The notes under the pieces are model-generated. The model was not told where the DNA came from. It made no database searches and worked only from the letters and a program-made list of their open reading frames with translations. Shown here in pieces: positions 16,359 to 26,064 of a stretch of 32,015 bases of DNA. The translations under genes were made by a program, and so were the position numbers. Source of the stretch: a virus (lineage: Duplodnaviria > Caudoviricetes); the IMG/VR virus record IMGVR_UViG_3300023215_001996, positions 1 through 32,015 of that record. The stretch is one strand, 5' to 3'. Position 1 is the first letter of the stretch, and every line of letters starts with the position of its first letter.

Positions 16359-17330
16359 ATGCCTTTAAATTATGACAATTTAAGTGCGTTAACGAAGGAT
16401 AAGTATATTCCCCTTTTGGTCGATAATATTTTCGATTCTAACATATTAACGCATCGGATGTTAAGAAAATCTAAAGCAGCCGCTTCCGGAAACAAGGTGT
16501 TACAACCTCTTGAATATGGTAAAGCAGATGCTAAAGGCTTTTTTAGCGGGTACGATATCCTGGACACTAGTCCTACGGAAGTATTCACAGATGCGGAATA
16601 TCAATGGAAACAGGCTTATGCCACTATTAGTATTTCCGGTAAAGAGGAAATGCTCAATGATGGCCCAGAGCGTGTGATCGATTTATTAGAGGCCAAGGTC
16701 AAAAACGCAGAGAAATCTCTAAAGGATCTGTTTGGTTCCACACTATACGGTACGAGTGATGATTCCGGTGACGAGTTCATCGGGTTACAACATATCATCG
16801 ATTCTGGCCGAACTCTTGGTGGAATTAATTCCAGCAACTATAGTTGGTGGGATGCACAGGGATCAACGAGTGGCAGTGCTTCATATGCAAATATGACAGA
16901 TCCTGCTCACGCTGATTTCATCCAAAGACAGTTCCGGGAAATGTATGGTGCGTGTACGGTAGACAATGATAAACCTTCGCTTATTACAACCACACAGGTT
17001 GTATTTGATGCGTATGAAGAATCATTAGTTGGTCAGAAAAGATTCGGTGCTTCATCGCAATCTTTAGCTGATGCTGGTTTTACAAACCTACTGTACCGTG
17101 GCACACCAGTAGTGGTGGACGACCATTGTCCCGCTGGACTTGCTTTTTTCCTGAATGAGAAATATCTGGGTTTCCGTCATCATCGAAAGCGGAATTTTGC
17201 TTTTGAGAAATTCATGAAACCGGTAAATCAGGATGCAGCCGTAGCCAAAATTATGTGGCTCGGTGCCCTGACTTGTTCCAATGCTTCTAGGCAAGGCCTT
17301 ATTAAAGGTCTGTCTCAGAACTATACCTAG
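16359..17330 (+). CDS. Major capsid protein (HK97 fold)
   Basis: 323 aa, strong RBS; LVDNIF, AEYQWKQ, GGIN....WW, GFTNL.YRG.PVVVD patterns. Confidence 0.85.
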   Translation: MPLNYDNLSALTKDKYIPLLVDNIFDSNILTHRMLRKSKAAASGNKVLQPLEYGKADAKGFFSGYDILDTSPTEVFTDAEYQWKQAYATISISGKEEMLNDGPERVIDLLEAKVKNAEKSLKDLFGSTLYGTSDDSGDEFIGLQHIIDSGRTLGGINSSNYSWWDAQGSTSGSASYANMTDPAHADFIQRQFREMYGACTVDNDKPSLITTTQVVFDAYEESLVGQKRFGASSQSLADAGFTNLLYRGTPVVVDDHCPAGLAFFLNEKYLGFRHHRKRNFAFEKFMKPVNQDAAVAKIMWLGALTCSNASRQGLIKGLSQNYT

Positions 17331-17342
17331 GAGGTACTTATT

Positions 17343-17573
17343 ATGGCAACAGCACAAATAGCTGCGGATCGTAAGAAGGTTGGAATGCTCGGTGAGCGTG
17401 ATGCGGAGGGGTTTGTATATACTGCCATTGGCGGTGTAAACTATTACACTGGTCAAGGTGCACCTGACCATGCTGCTATAAAGGGATCTATTTATATGGA
17501 TACCTCTGCTGCAAATATGTACTTCTGTACTGTTGCAACAGGCACATGGAAATTGGTTACTAGAGCATCTTAA
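17343..17573 (+). CDS. Small virion protein, possible capsid decoration
   Basis: AGGAGG RBS after the capsid gene; TGQGAP...KGSIYMDT...MY...W motif. Confidence 0.55.
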   Translation: MATAQIAADRKKVGMLGERDAEGFVYTAIGGVNYYTGQGAPDHAAIKGSIYMDTSAANMYFCTVATGTWKLVTRAS

Positions 17574-17580
17574 CCAAACC

Positions 17581-17644
17581 TTCAGACGATCTTATTATCT
17601 GAAACCGTTGGGTTGGTCCGGCCTGTGAGCCGGGCCAGCCTAAC
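17581..17644 (+). terminator. Double hairpin after the capsid genes (terminator or mRNA stabiliser)
   Basis: ttcaga/tctgaa (17581-17603) and a 16-bp stem gttgggttggtccggc / gccgggccagcctaac with three G-U pairs; poor U-tail. Confidence 0.55.
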
Positions 17645-17668
17645 ACTTAATTAAACAAGGAGTCAGAA

Positions 17669-18316
17669 ATGACAGGTAACGAAATGTTATCAACACTAGG
17701 CTTACGATTGGAAGATCCTGCGGAATCTTCTTTTACTCAAGCTGCAAAGCTAGATGCTTTGAATATTGCACAGAAAAGTGTGGTGAATTTGATTCACAAT
17801 GCATATTTAGGCGAATTACAAGTGATCGATGAAGGTATTACCATGACTGATAACGCTATCGATATCGGCATAAGCAGTAGTGATATATCGGAAAATGTAA
17901 TGCGTAATGGAATCATTGCGGTATATGATGCCACCGATAGTGTATGGTGTACAATGATAGATCCAGGCGATCAGAAACGATTGGAAAATTCCTACCTTGC
18001 GGGTAGCACAACTAATCCAGTTGCGTATGTATTTGCAGACACACTATTTGTTGAAGGTCCTGGTGCCACAGATGATATTAATGTGTGGTTCTTACGGTCC
18101 CCGGCAAATCTTGAAGCGGATAGTAATGAATGTTCATTAAATGTTGCACTGCATGAATCTATAGTAGATATGGCTGAATCGCAGTTGTGGAAGATGGATG
18201 CTAAAGTGGATAGGGCTAATGCTGCTTTTGCAAATGCCAAAGCACAAATTGATTCTTTAAATGCAAGATATCCAACAGAAGCACCAGGTGGAATAGGTAC
18301 TAAAGGCAGGGGTTAA
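17669..18316 (+). CDS. Head-tail adaptor (tail tubular A-like)
   Basis: Position; helical N-terminus RLEDP...LNIAQ and C-terminal HESIVDMA pattern. Confidence 0.6.
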   Translation: MTGNEMLSTLGLRLEDPAESSFTQAAKLDALNIAQKSVVNLIHNAYLGELQVIDEGITMTDNAIDIGISSSDISENVMRNGIIAVYDATDSVWCTMIDPGDQKRLENSYLAGSTTNPVAYVFADTLFVEGPGATDDINVWFLRSPANLEADSNECSLNVALHESIVDMAESQLWKMDAKVDRANAAFANAKAQIDSLNARYPTEAPGGIGTKGRG

Positions 18317-18319
18317 CCC

Positions 18320-19255
18320 ATGACCTGGGAATCCCTTATTGATAGGGCCTTAACGTCCTTCGATACTGGAACGCCTAGAGTTAAAGTCAGAAAATACTTG
18401 GAAGAAGCTGAGGTAGATTTTGCTCTAGGTACAAAATGCTATATCAAAGACTGGGCGTTTCAGCATAAGTCTGGCAGTACCTATATTAAGCTGCCAAGTG
18501 ATTTTATTGAGATCGTTGGTCAAGTTGAATACGATGCGAAGATATTAGATTATCGGAAAAATTTTAAAGTATCTTCTCGTTTTAAACAGAACAAAGGACT
18601 AAAAACCGGTTCACCCGAATCTTATTATGTTCGTGGTGATAAATTATATTTATATCCTATTAAAGGAACCGGTTTAGTATCTTTTTCTTATGCTGCTATG
18701 CCAACCCACCTTGATCCATTATTAGCTACTCCAGGATACGATTGGTTACGGTTTAAGGATCTAACCTATGAACAGTTTTATAGTGGTGATACTGTTTCTG
18801 GTACTGATTCCGATGCATCAGCAGTTGTTGTTGACGTAGTAGATATTTACCAGGACGAAGGATATTTGGTCCTGAAAAATTGGAACCTGACCAATTTCCA
18901 AGATGGTGAGCAAATACACAAATCAAGCGAGCAAGAAGAACAGTGGTTTAACACATACGGTTCTTGGGAAGATCTATTAAACGACTGGGCATCTTTGGGA
19001 CTCGGTGGTGTAGCTTATGCCAGGGGTACTGAATATGAATATCCAGATCCTGGAGTTAATCCAGTAATACCGGCTGTGTATCATGCTAGTTTAATTCATT
19101 ACGCTAGAGCAGCACTCTACGCAGATCAGCAGGATGATAAAAGTTCCCTAAACTCAATATCAATATATGAGGCCAAGAAAATGGAAGCAGATACCCAATT
19201 ACCAATGAAAGGCTACAGTGGACCAAGCACGATAATCGATACACTGTATGGGTAA
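18320..19255 (+). CDS. Second adaptor-like virion protein with an inserted beta domain
   Basis: YLEEAE, LPSDF, GSP..YY....LYLYP, PVIPAVYHASLIHYA. Confidence 0.55.
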   Translation: MTWESLIDRALTSFDTGTPRVKVRKYLEEAEVDFALGTKCYIKDWAFQHKSGSTYIKLPSDFIEIVGQVEYDAKILDYRKNFKVSSRFKQNKGLKTGSPESYYVRGDKLYLYPIKGTGLVSFSYAAMPTHLDPLLATPGYDWLRFKDLTYEQFYSGDTVSGTDSDASAVVVDVVDIYQDEGYLVLKNWNLTNFQDGEQIHKSSEQEEQWFNTYGSWEDLLNDWASLGLGGVAYARGTEYEYPDPGVNPVIPAVYHASLIHYARAALYADQQDDKSSLNSISIYEAKKMEADTQLPMKGYSGPSTIIDTLYG

Positions 19256-19258
19256 ATA

Positions 19259-21337
19259 ATGCCGAGCCCTAAACAACATATAAAAAACATACCAATGTTT
19301 GATGGTGGCCTAATCACATATGCAGATCCAGAGGATATCGAAATATCAGCGGCAACCGTAAGTATAAACTTCGAAACGGATGTTCCAGGTAAGCTGATCA
19401 AACGTTCTGGCCGTGGTGATCAATCTACCATGACAGGTAATCATGTTGATCAAATAGTAAAGTGGTCGCATCAGGATTTGGCTGCACCAGTCTGGGTTTT
19501 CTTTGAACCACAAGAGAATAAAATCAAAGAATGTGCTGCCGATTTCACCAGTATTTCTACTATAAAAGATTTGAGTACAGGCACACCAGCAACAACAATT
19601 GAAATCAATAATTATGGTCGCCAGATAAGATTTGCTAATGGGTTAAATAAAAAGGCTGGTATATACCAAAAGATTGACAGGGAGTTCTTTTTTGGAAATT
19701 ATACTGTAGACAGTTTTATTTATGACGATGCAACACTTTTGCTGCCAACCACTTGGGATATGGAAGTGGTAACAGATGCAGGCGATGGAATGCGTCAATC
19801 TGGTTTTTATAACTATAAATTTGTCCCGGTTTATGATGGCGTACAGGAGCATCCTCTGCCCGAAGCATCCAGTTCGTTTGAATTGACTAGTGATGATAAA
19901 ACTTTAAAAGTAGGATTAAAATTAGATAAATCCGGAGATTTTAATCCGAGGATAACATCCATTAAGTTGTACAGGTCCTTCTCTGATACTGCAACAGGAA
20001 ACTTAGATCCGGTATACTATCACATATTCACGATTCCAGTAAAATCCAAAGCAGACCATGAGGATGTTATTGGCAGTGCTGTATCTGTTCGATCTTTGGG
20101 TACAGGCTACTTTTATCATTCTAAGCTTACGAATAGTGATAGCTTTGGTGGTCATTGGGGTGATGATGAATGGGATCTCATAATTTCTCAAGGTGGAAAC
20201 ACTCATGAAATAGACCATGATGGTACATCATTTCCATCAAGTGGTCTTTTTGCATTAGTTAATGGCAATTATAACTGGACAAATGCAGAAAAAGGGTTTG
20301 ACAAAGTATCTAATACGTATTGGCAATTTGATGAGCATACCACAAATGATGGCAATCAATTTCAATCCTCCGGTTTTTCCGCTGGGAAGGATGTTTTATA
20401 TAAATCATCCTGGGACTATCGCTCTGGGGAGGCAGACGGAAGTGTAATATACAAAACAAGCGGTCCAGCCATTGAAGAGGTGGTGGTTAACAGCAAGAAC
20501 AAGGTGGTGAGGGTTTCAAACGATATAACTCAAACCGGAACTTTTACTATAGATATAACAGATGGATATCGTTACGAAATTAGTGGTGATGATGTAACTT
20601 TGTGGTTCTATGATATGCATTATAATGACAGGGCATTACATCCGCTGGGAAGAAAAAAGAAGGTCACTGTTAATCACAAGTATTCAGTTCATTTGGCTGG
20701 CAGACAATTCGTAGGCAATGTTCGACTGGACCCTGGTGGCGATGATGAGGACCATGATGACTGGGTAATCTATTCATCCTTGCAGCAGCTGGACATATTG
20801 CCAATAGTTAACTATATTCAGATAAAAGATCTACAGGGTGGAGAGATAACAGGTTTGACTAATCACCTTGGATCGTTAGTGGTGTTTATGGAAAGAGGAA
20901 TATATAGGTTGGATGTCCCTACTATAGATCCATCAAGATTTAGCTTGGTTGAATCTGAAGAAAATATTGGCTGTATTGCTCCCAACTCTATTGTTACCGT
21001 AGCTGGCCAAACGTTTTTTGCAGGACAGGATAATGCTTATGTGATAGATCCAGGTTTTAATATTAATCCAATAACTGAACCCATAAAAGACATTTACCAG
21101 GCATCAGCGGATTTGGAAGATTCAAGATTTTTTTATGATCCAAAGAAGGCCAGGATCTTGTGCCGGTTTGGATCTGATATAAGAAACATTTATTGTTTTG
21201 ATATGGTCAAGGCTAGACAAGGTAAAGCTGTGTGGTATCAATTTGACCTTGGTGCAATACATGGGGCAGACATTTTTGCAATAGATCAAGATATGAATAT
21301 TTTTTCAATAACTAACACACAATCAGGAACACCTTGA
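19259..21337 (+). CDS. Tail nozzle / stabilisation protein (tail tubular B / P22 gp10-like propeller)
   Basis: FDGGL N-terminus, GKLIKRSG, GGEITGL...LVVFMERGIY, IGCIAPNSIV, ITEPI. Confidence 0.7.
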   Translation: MPSPKQHIKNIPMFDGGLITYADPEDIEISAATVSINFETDVPGKLIKRSGRGDQSTMTGNHVDQIVKWSHQDLAAPVWVFFEPQENKIKECAADFTSISTIKDLSTGTPATTIEINNYGRQIRFANGLNKKAGIYQKIDREFFFGNYTVDSFIYDDATLLLPTTWDMEVVTDAGDGMRQSGFYNYKFVPVYDGVQEHPLPEASSSFELTSDDKTLKVGLKLDKSGDFNPRITSIKLYRSFSDTATGNLDPVYYHIFTIPVKSKADHEDVIGSAVSVRSLGTGYFYHSKLTNSDSFGGHWGDDEWDLIISQGGNTHEIDHDGTSFPSSGLFALVNGNYNWTNAEKGFDKVSNTYWQFDEHTTNDGNQFQSSGFSAGKDVLYKSSWDYRSGEADGSVIYKTSGPAIEEVVVNSKNKVVRVSNDITQTGTFTIDITDGYRYEISGDDVTLWFYDMHYNDRALHPLGRKKKVTVNHKYSVHLAGRQFVGNVRLDPGGDDEDHDDWVIYSSLQQLDILPIVNYIQIKDLQGGEITGLTNHLGSLVVFMERGIYRLDVPTIDPSRFSLVESEENIGCIAPNSIVTVAGQTFFAGQDNAYVIDPGFNINPITEPIKDIYQASADLEDSRFFYDPKKARILCRFGSDIRNIYCFDMVKARQGKAVWYQFDLGAIHGADIFAIDQDMNIFSITNTQSGTP

Positions 21338-21350
21338 GGTATATAAAATC

Positions 21351-21836
21351 ATGGGAAAACTAGCAGAGACTCTTCGTACAAGCGGTACAGTGAGTTGGGA
21401 AGTAATTAAGAGAAATGGAAGTGTAGTTACTTCTGAAGGGAAAGAAAATACAATTCAGTCTGAATTAAAAAACAAACTTTCGGATACCCTGTACACAGCT
21501 ACAAACAATTTCGGATTACTGAATTCTCCTTTTAATAATGATGATTTCTCATCACCAACTAATGGTGAGTCGGGAATCGTATTGAATGGGACCTCTCCAA
21601 CAGCTTTGTATCAAATGGATACATCGCTTGATTCTAACTCATCACTTTCATTTACTATTGAGGGAGTTATAAAGGCATCGGCATCATATTCAATACCTTC
21701 GGCAATTTTAGGTCATTATTGGTCAACCACCACTTTTTTAACTGATTATAGTGCACATACTTTTTCTTCACAAATAGAATTGGACGATGGAGATCAATTG
21801 AACGTCACTTGGCAAATAACAATATCTGATTCATAG
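21351..21836 (+). CDS. Virion structural protein (beta-rich)
   Basis: C-terminal GDQLNVTWQITI. Confidence 0.6.
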   Translation: MGKLAETLRTSGTVSWEVIKRNGSVVTSEGKENTIQSELKNKLSDTLYTATNNFGLLNSPFNNDDFSSPTNGESGIVLNGTSPTALYQMDTSLDSNSSLSFTIEGVIKASASYSIPSAILGHYWSTTTFLTDYSAHTFSSQIELDDGDQLNVTWQITISDS

Positions 21837-21844
21837 GAGATACA

Positions 21845-22444
21845 ATGATTAATATAAACACAATCCCAACAACAATTCTTATTAAAGGTGCAGTTGACAT
21901 TAAGGTATATGATGCATTAGATGTAGAACGAATGGAACCAAAGGTTTCTATTGTTGATTACAACGATACTAATGATTGGATTATGGAACGAATTATCGAT
22001 GCAATGCATTCCTCTTCTGGGGGTACAACCTATCACTTAAACACATCATCTGACTGGTTTTCTGGTAGATATCCTGGAGACAATAATAGCAATACAGTCA
22101 CAGATCGTGATGGTGAGAATGGAATCTTAGCAAAATCATCAATTACAACTGGTTATTTTAGAAGTTTCAGTGGCCAATCCACCGAGCCTGTTTTTGACTT
22201 ATTTATGCATTCAAATAAATCAACATCTAATGTTACTAATTCTAGTATATGGACCGCTGAAGCTATTTGGGGGGAGTCTGCTACAACTACTATTTCATCA
22301 TTTGAACTTGGAAAAGATTATTCTAATAATGCACAGGATGTTGGTGCAACCTTTGCAGAACCATTTGCAGTTTATAATGTCACAAATTTCACGATGCAGA
22401 CAACTGACATTCTTCGTATAACCTGGACAGTTGCGATAGGATGA
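21845..22444 (+). CDS. Virion structural protein, probable paralog of 21351..21836
   Basis: Shared ends (G.V...V... and DILRITWTVAI); AGGAG RBS. Confidence 0.6.
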   Translation: MININTIPTTILIKGAVDIKVYDALDVERMEPKVSIVDYNDTNDWIMERIIDAMHSSSGGTTYHLNTSSDWFSGRYPGDNNSNTVTDRDGENGILAKSSITTGYFRSFSGQSTEPVFDLFMHSNKSTSNVTNSSIWTAEAIWGESATTTISSFELGKDYSNNAQDVGATFAEPFAVYNVTNFTMQTTDILRITWTVAIG

Positions 22445-22451
22445 TAAAGCT

Positions 22452-22748
22452 ATGGCGTTTTGTGAAATATCAAACATTACTAATCCAACGTCTAGTTCAT
22501 CTTTTGAAGAAGGTGCGTCCTTTACTTTGACTTGGAGTTTCGCTGGTGTATGTTCAGATTGGTTTATCAATCAAGTAAAACTTCAATCTAATTACAGCAG
22601 CAGTTGGTCTGATATAGCTACTTTATTTTCTGGTACAGATGGAGTTACATCTGGGTCATTAGGTTTAACCCTACCAAGTTCTGTCACAAATCCAGGAGAT
22701 TACTATAGATTGAAAGTGACTTATACTCAGGCTCAAGGAGAGGGCTAA
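22452..22748 (+). CDS. Small Ig-like Ser/Thr-rich protein
   Basis: ITNP......G..FTLTW...VKL...YRLKV. Confidence 0.55.
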   Translation: MAFCEISNITNPTSSSSFEEGASFTLTWSFAGVCSDWFINQVKLQSNYSSSWSDIATLFSGTDGVTSGSLGLTLPSSVTNPGDYYRLKVTYTQAQGEG

Positions 22749-24575
22749 ATGAGCATAAAATATTCCGGAACTTTTCATATAACGACTGCCGTAAGCATTA
22801 CGGTTGATGGTCCAACAGGTCCATTTAATGTAGGTGATACTGTTTACTTGGAATGGAGTTCAACTGGTTCAGTAGGTAATGTAAAAATACAGTTATTTAA
22901 ATCATCATCATCGACAGCTACTATTACCAATTCCACCAGTAATGATGGCACTTATTCATGGACTATACAATCTAGCCAGCTTGATGGCACTTCATCATCG
23001 TATAAGATAAAGATCTTTGAGACTGATGGTTACCCTGTTGACTATGGCCCCTACTTTACGATTAATGCAGAGATTATAAAAAGTGTATTTGATCATCCAC
23101 TTTTTTCTGAAACAGTCATTGATGCGACAAGTATATGGAAAATAAAAAAAGTTAGCAATGATTCAACTTTATTTAGTGAATCCGTATCATCGTTGATTAC
23201 AAACCAGCCTCTGGCGGGAGATTCAGTTAGTTTTAGTGAAGTAATCAATGATATTGAAAGGTCCTGGAAGAAGATTTATACAACATCAGATTCTACTGCA
23301 TTTGTAGAATCTGTATCATCATTGATTACGTCTGCTCGTCTGGCTGATGATACTGTTAGTTTTAGTGAAGTAATCAATGATATTGAAAGGTCCTGGAAGA
23401 AGATTTATACAACATCAGATTCTACTGCATTTGTAGAATCTGTATCATCATTGATTACGTCTGCTCGTCTGGCTGATGATACTGTTGGTTTTAGTGAAGC
23501 AATCAATGATATTACAAGGTCTTGGAAAAAGATATATTGGATAAATGATAATACTGGATTAAGTGAATCTGTATCATCATTGATTACGTCTGCTCGTCTG
23601 GCTGATGATACTGTTGGTTTTAGTGAATCGGTAATTGATTCTTATAGGTTGTGGAAGAAGATTTATATAACATCAGATTCTACTGGATTTGTAGAATCTG
23701 TATCATCGTTGATTACCACTGCTACCCTTGTTACAGATACTGTTGGTTTTAGTGAATCGGTAATTGATTCTTATAGGTTGTGGAAGAAGATATATACAAC
23801 ATCAGATTCTACTGGATTTGTAGAATCTGTATCATCATTGATTACCACTGCTCGTCTGGCTGATGATACTGTTGGTTTTAATGAATCAATAACCAAGTTA
23901 ATTGGAACTTGGATTAAAGAATATGATGTGGATGATGTTACTGGTTTTAGTGAATCTGTATCATCATTGATTACCACTGCTACCCTTGTTGATGATACTG
24001 TTGGTTTTAGTGAATCAATAACCAGGTTAATTGGAACTTGGATTAAAGAATATGATACGGATGATGTTACTGGTTTTAGTGAGAATATTGATTATCAGAT
24101 AAGACAATGGCATTATGCAGTATCTGAAGTCATTGCTTTTGTAGAAAACATAAGTGACTATGTACCAATCCCAACCGCTGACAGTGTTGGCTTTATTGAA
24201 GATGTTGTCACTGCCATTACCACTGCCAACTCGAGCCATGTGTTACAATTTCAGACTTCACCAACAGAAGTTTATGGGGCCAGTAGAAGGACCGGTTGGA
24301 TAAATGCATCAAGTTTAAGTCGTTCTACTATACTGCGAAGATTTAATATTGAATACAATTCCCCGGATCCTATTACTGTCAAGATCTTTGCAGATGGTGA
24401 TGATACGCATGAAGTGTATTCTCATATATTGCCGGCTGCTGTTTCTCCAGAAACAACAAATAAAAGCGTCAGAATAAGTAGAAGAGCAAAAGATTTTATG
24501 GTGGAATTATCAACTCCTCCGAGTGCGAATGATAATGTAATAATTGAAAGAATATCTGTGGAGGTAGATCCATAA
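22749..24575 (+). CDS. Tail-associated protein: Ig-like domain, about eight 43-aa repeats, C-terminal beta-sandwich
   Basis: GDTVYLEW..NVKIQL..NDGTYSWTI..YKIKI; D.VGFSE repeats; TGW...RR C-terminal domain. Confidence 0.75.
   Translation: MSIKYSGTFHITTAVSITVDGPTGPFNVGDTVYLEWSSTGSVGNVKIQLFKSSSSTATITNSTSNDGTYSWTIQSSQLDGTSSSYKIKIFETDGYPVDYGPYFTINAEIIKSVFDHPLFSETVIDATSIWKIKKVSNDSTLFSESVSSLITNQPLAGDSVSFSEVINDIERSWKKIYTTSDSTAFVESVSSLITSARLADDTVSFSEVINDIERSWKKIYTTSDSTAFVESVSSLITSARLADDTVGFSEAINDITRSWKKIYWINDNTGLSESVSSLITSARLADDTVGFSESVIDSYRLWKKIYITSDSTGFVESVSSLITTATLVTDTVGFSESVIDSYRLWKKIYTTSDSTGFVESVSSLITTARLADDTVGFNESITKLIGTWIKEYDVDDVTGFSESVSSLITTATLVDDTVGFSESITRLIGTWIKEYDTDDVTGFSENIDYQIRQWHYAVSEVIAFVENISDYVPIPTADSVGFIEDVVTAITTANSSHVLQFQTSPTEVYGASRRTGWINASSLSRSTILRRFNIEYNSPDPITVKIFADGDDTHEVYSHILPAAVSPETTNKSVRISRRAKDFMVELSTPPSANDNVIIERISVEVDP
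23091..24215 (+). repeat. 129-bp (43-aa) coding tandem repeats, about eight units plus a degenerate tail
   Basis: Units read from 23226 and 23355 are essentially identical; each unit has 23-aa and 20-aa sub-repeats. Confidence 0.9.
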
Positions 24576-25135
24576 TGCCTGATAATGGAGTTATACTTGA
24601 ATTAAATCCAACATCTGTTTCGGAATCCTTGTCTGCAAATAGACAGACCGGCTGGTTCAAGTTTACAGATCTAGCCAGGAAGGTTTTTGTAAGACGTATA
24701 AATGCAACGTATTCGAGCACAGATGATATAACATTTAAATTGTTTGTTGATGGTGATTCAGCTAATGAAACATTTACAGGGATATTGAGGGCCAACAATG
24801 GTGCGACTGGAGCAACGCTTACTTCAGGGATTAATTCTTCCGTAAAAACACTTTCAACAACAAGTACTACAAAATTAAAAAGTGGTGATTGGATAAAAAT
24901 TGATAGTGAAATAATGAAAGTCATTGCCGCTGGATCAACATCTCATACAGTACAGCGTGGGATGCGTGGTACTTCTGCAAGCAGCCACAACTCATCGAGC
25001 AGTCTTGTTTATGCTAACTATCCATATGATAGTTTTAAAATTGGTAACAGGGCCAAGTATGCCCAGGTTCAAGTGACAACACCATCATCACAGAATGCAG
25101 TTGAAATAAGCAGATTGGAGATCGAATATGAGTGA
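24575..25135 (+). CDS. Virion protein, paralog of the C-terminal domain of 22749..24575 with an inserted domain
   Basis: TGWF...RRIN.TYSS...IGNRAKY...ISRLEIEY; insert GDWIKIDSEIM...TVQRG.RGT. Confidence 0.65.
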   Translation: MPDNGVILELNPTSVSESLSANRQTGWFKFTDLARKVFVRRINATYSSTDDITFKLFVDGDSANETFTGILRANNGATGATLTSGINSSVKTLSTTSTTKLKSGDWIKIDSEIMKVIAAGSTSHTVQRGMRGTSASSHNSSSSLVYANYPYDSFKIGNRAKYAQVQVTTPSSQNAVEISRLEIEYE

Positions 25136-25409
25136 AATAAATTTGGAAGTTAAATCAGTCAAAATTGCTGACAAAAAACAAGAGAAGGTTTTGGGTAATA
25201 TTACAAGACAAATAAAAAGCCTACAGTCTAAAGTTAGAATCGTAGAAGGCAGCATAAAAACAGGAGATGTGGCCGAAGGGGAATTCATTTTTTCAACTGT
25301 CTCAAAAGACAGTGAATCCCCAGGATATCCAGCAGAGGATGAAGGAAGAATGTATTTTAAGGGCAAGGGTGTCCTTTATCAATTAACAGGAACAAAGGTA
25401 GGAGGTTAA
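25128..25409 (+). CDS. Hypothetical virion protein
   Basis: GGAG RBS; in late operon. Confidence 0.6.
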   Translation: MSEINLEVKSVKIADKKQEKVLGNITRQIKSLQSKVRIVEGSIKTGDVAEGEFIFSTVSKDSESPGYPAEDEGRMYFKGKGVLYQLTGTKVGG

Positions 25410-25411
25410 TA

Positions 25412-26053
25412 ATGGATCCGATAACCATTGCTTTAACAGCAGCAAAATACGCCCCTCTGATTAAGAGTGGGTGGGATTGGTTAACAAAAAAGAAAGGTCC
25501 ATCGAGATCTGGCTCTGTGACGGCTGCTGAAAGAGCGTATATGAAAAATTTACAACAAAGGATGAAGATGGGAATGAGCCCCCAGCAAGTAAATCAAATG
25601 ATGAGTACAACCACCAGGGCTCAGGGCATTGAAACGAATCTAGCGAAAACAAATATCCAAGGCATGGGTGTAAAACAAGGAATAGAAGATTCCGGTGTGT
25701 TAGCCGAACAAATGACAAACGTTGATCTTGCCGGGTCAGAACAAATAGCAATTACTGCAAGAAGAGTGGCCGAGAAAAATATAGAGATACAAAATAAGGC
25801 CCAAAAAACTATGGGAGAAATTGGTATAAAAAGAACTGATACAGCTTATAATGAAGCATTAGAGCATTACGCTACTCAAGAAGGCAGAATATCATCCGTA
25901 TTGGGTGGTGTTTCTGAAATAGGTTCAAATTATTTGGCAACCTTGGAACAATCTGGCCAAATGGGCAGAATTGGAGAACAAGATTGGTTTAAAGACTTAA
26001 CCGCAGATCAAAAAGCGAAAATTATGGAATTACTAATGCAGAGTAAAAATTAA
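25412..26053 (+). CDS. Putative DNA ejection (internal virion) protein
   Basis: MDPITIAL start; Q/M/G-rich helical composition; position after tail genes. Confidence 0.55.
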   Translation: MDPITIALTAAKYAPLIKSGWDWLTKKKGPSRSGSVTAAERAYMKNLQQRMKMGMSPQQVNQMMSTTTRAQGIETNLAKTNIQGMGVKQGIEDSGVLAEQMTNVDLAGSEQIAITARRVAEKNIEIQNKAQKTMGEIGIKRTDTAYNEALEHYATQEGRISSVLGGVSEIGSNYLATLEQSGQMGRIGEQDWFKDLTADQKAKIMELLMQSKN

Positions 26054-26064
26054 TAGGAGCACTC

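Noticed and set aside
23091-24215. Diversity-generating retroelement template/variable repeats
   Set aside because: Repeats are tandem and coding, differences are not adenine-specific, and no reverse transcriptase is present in the window.
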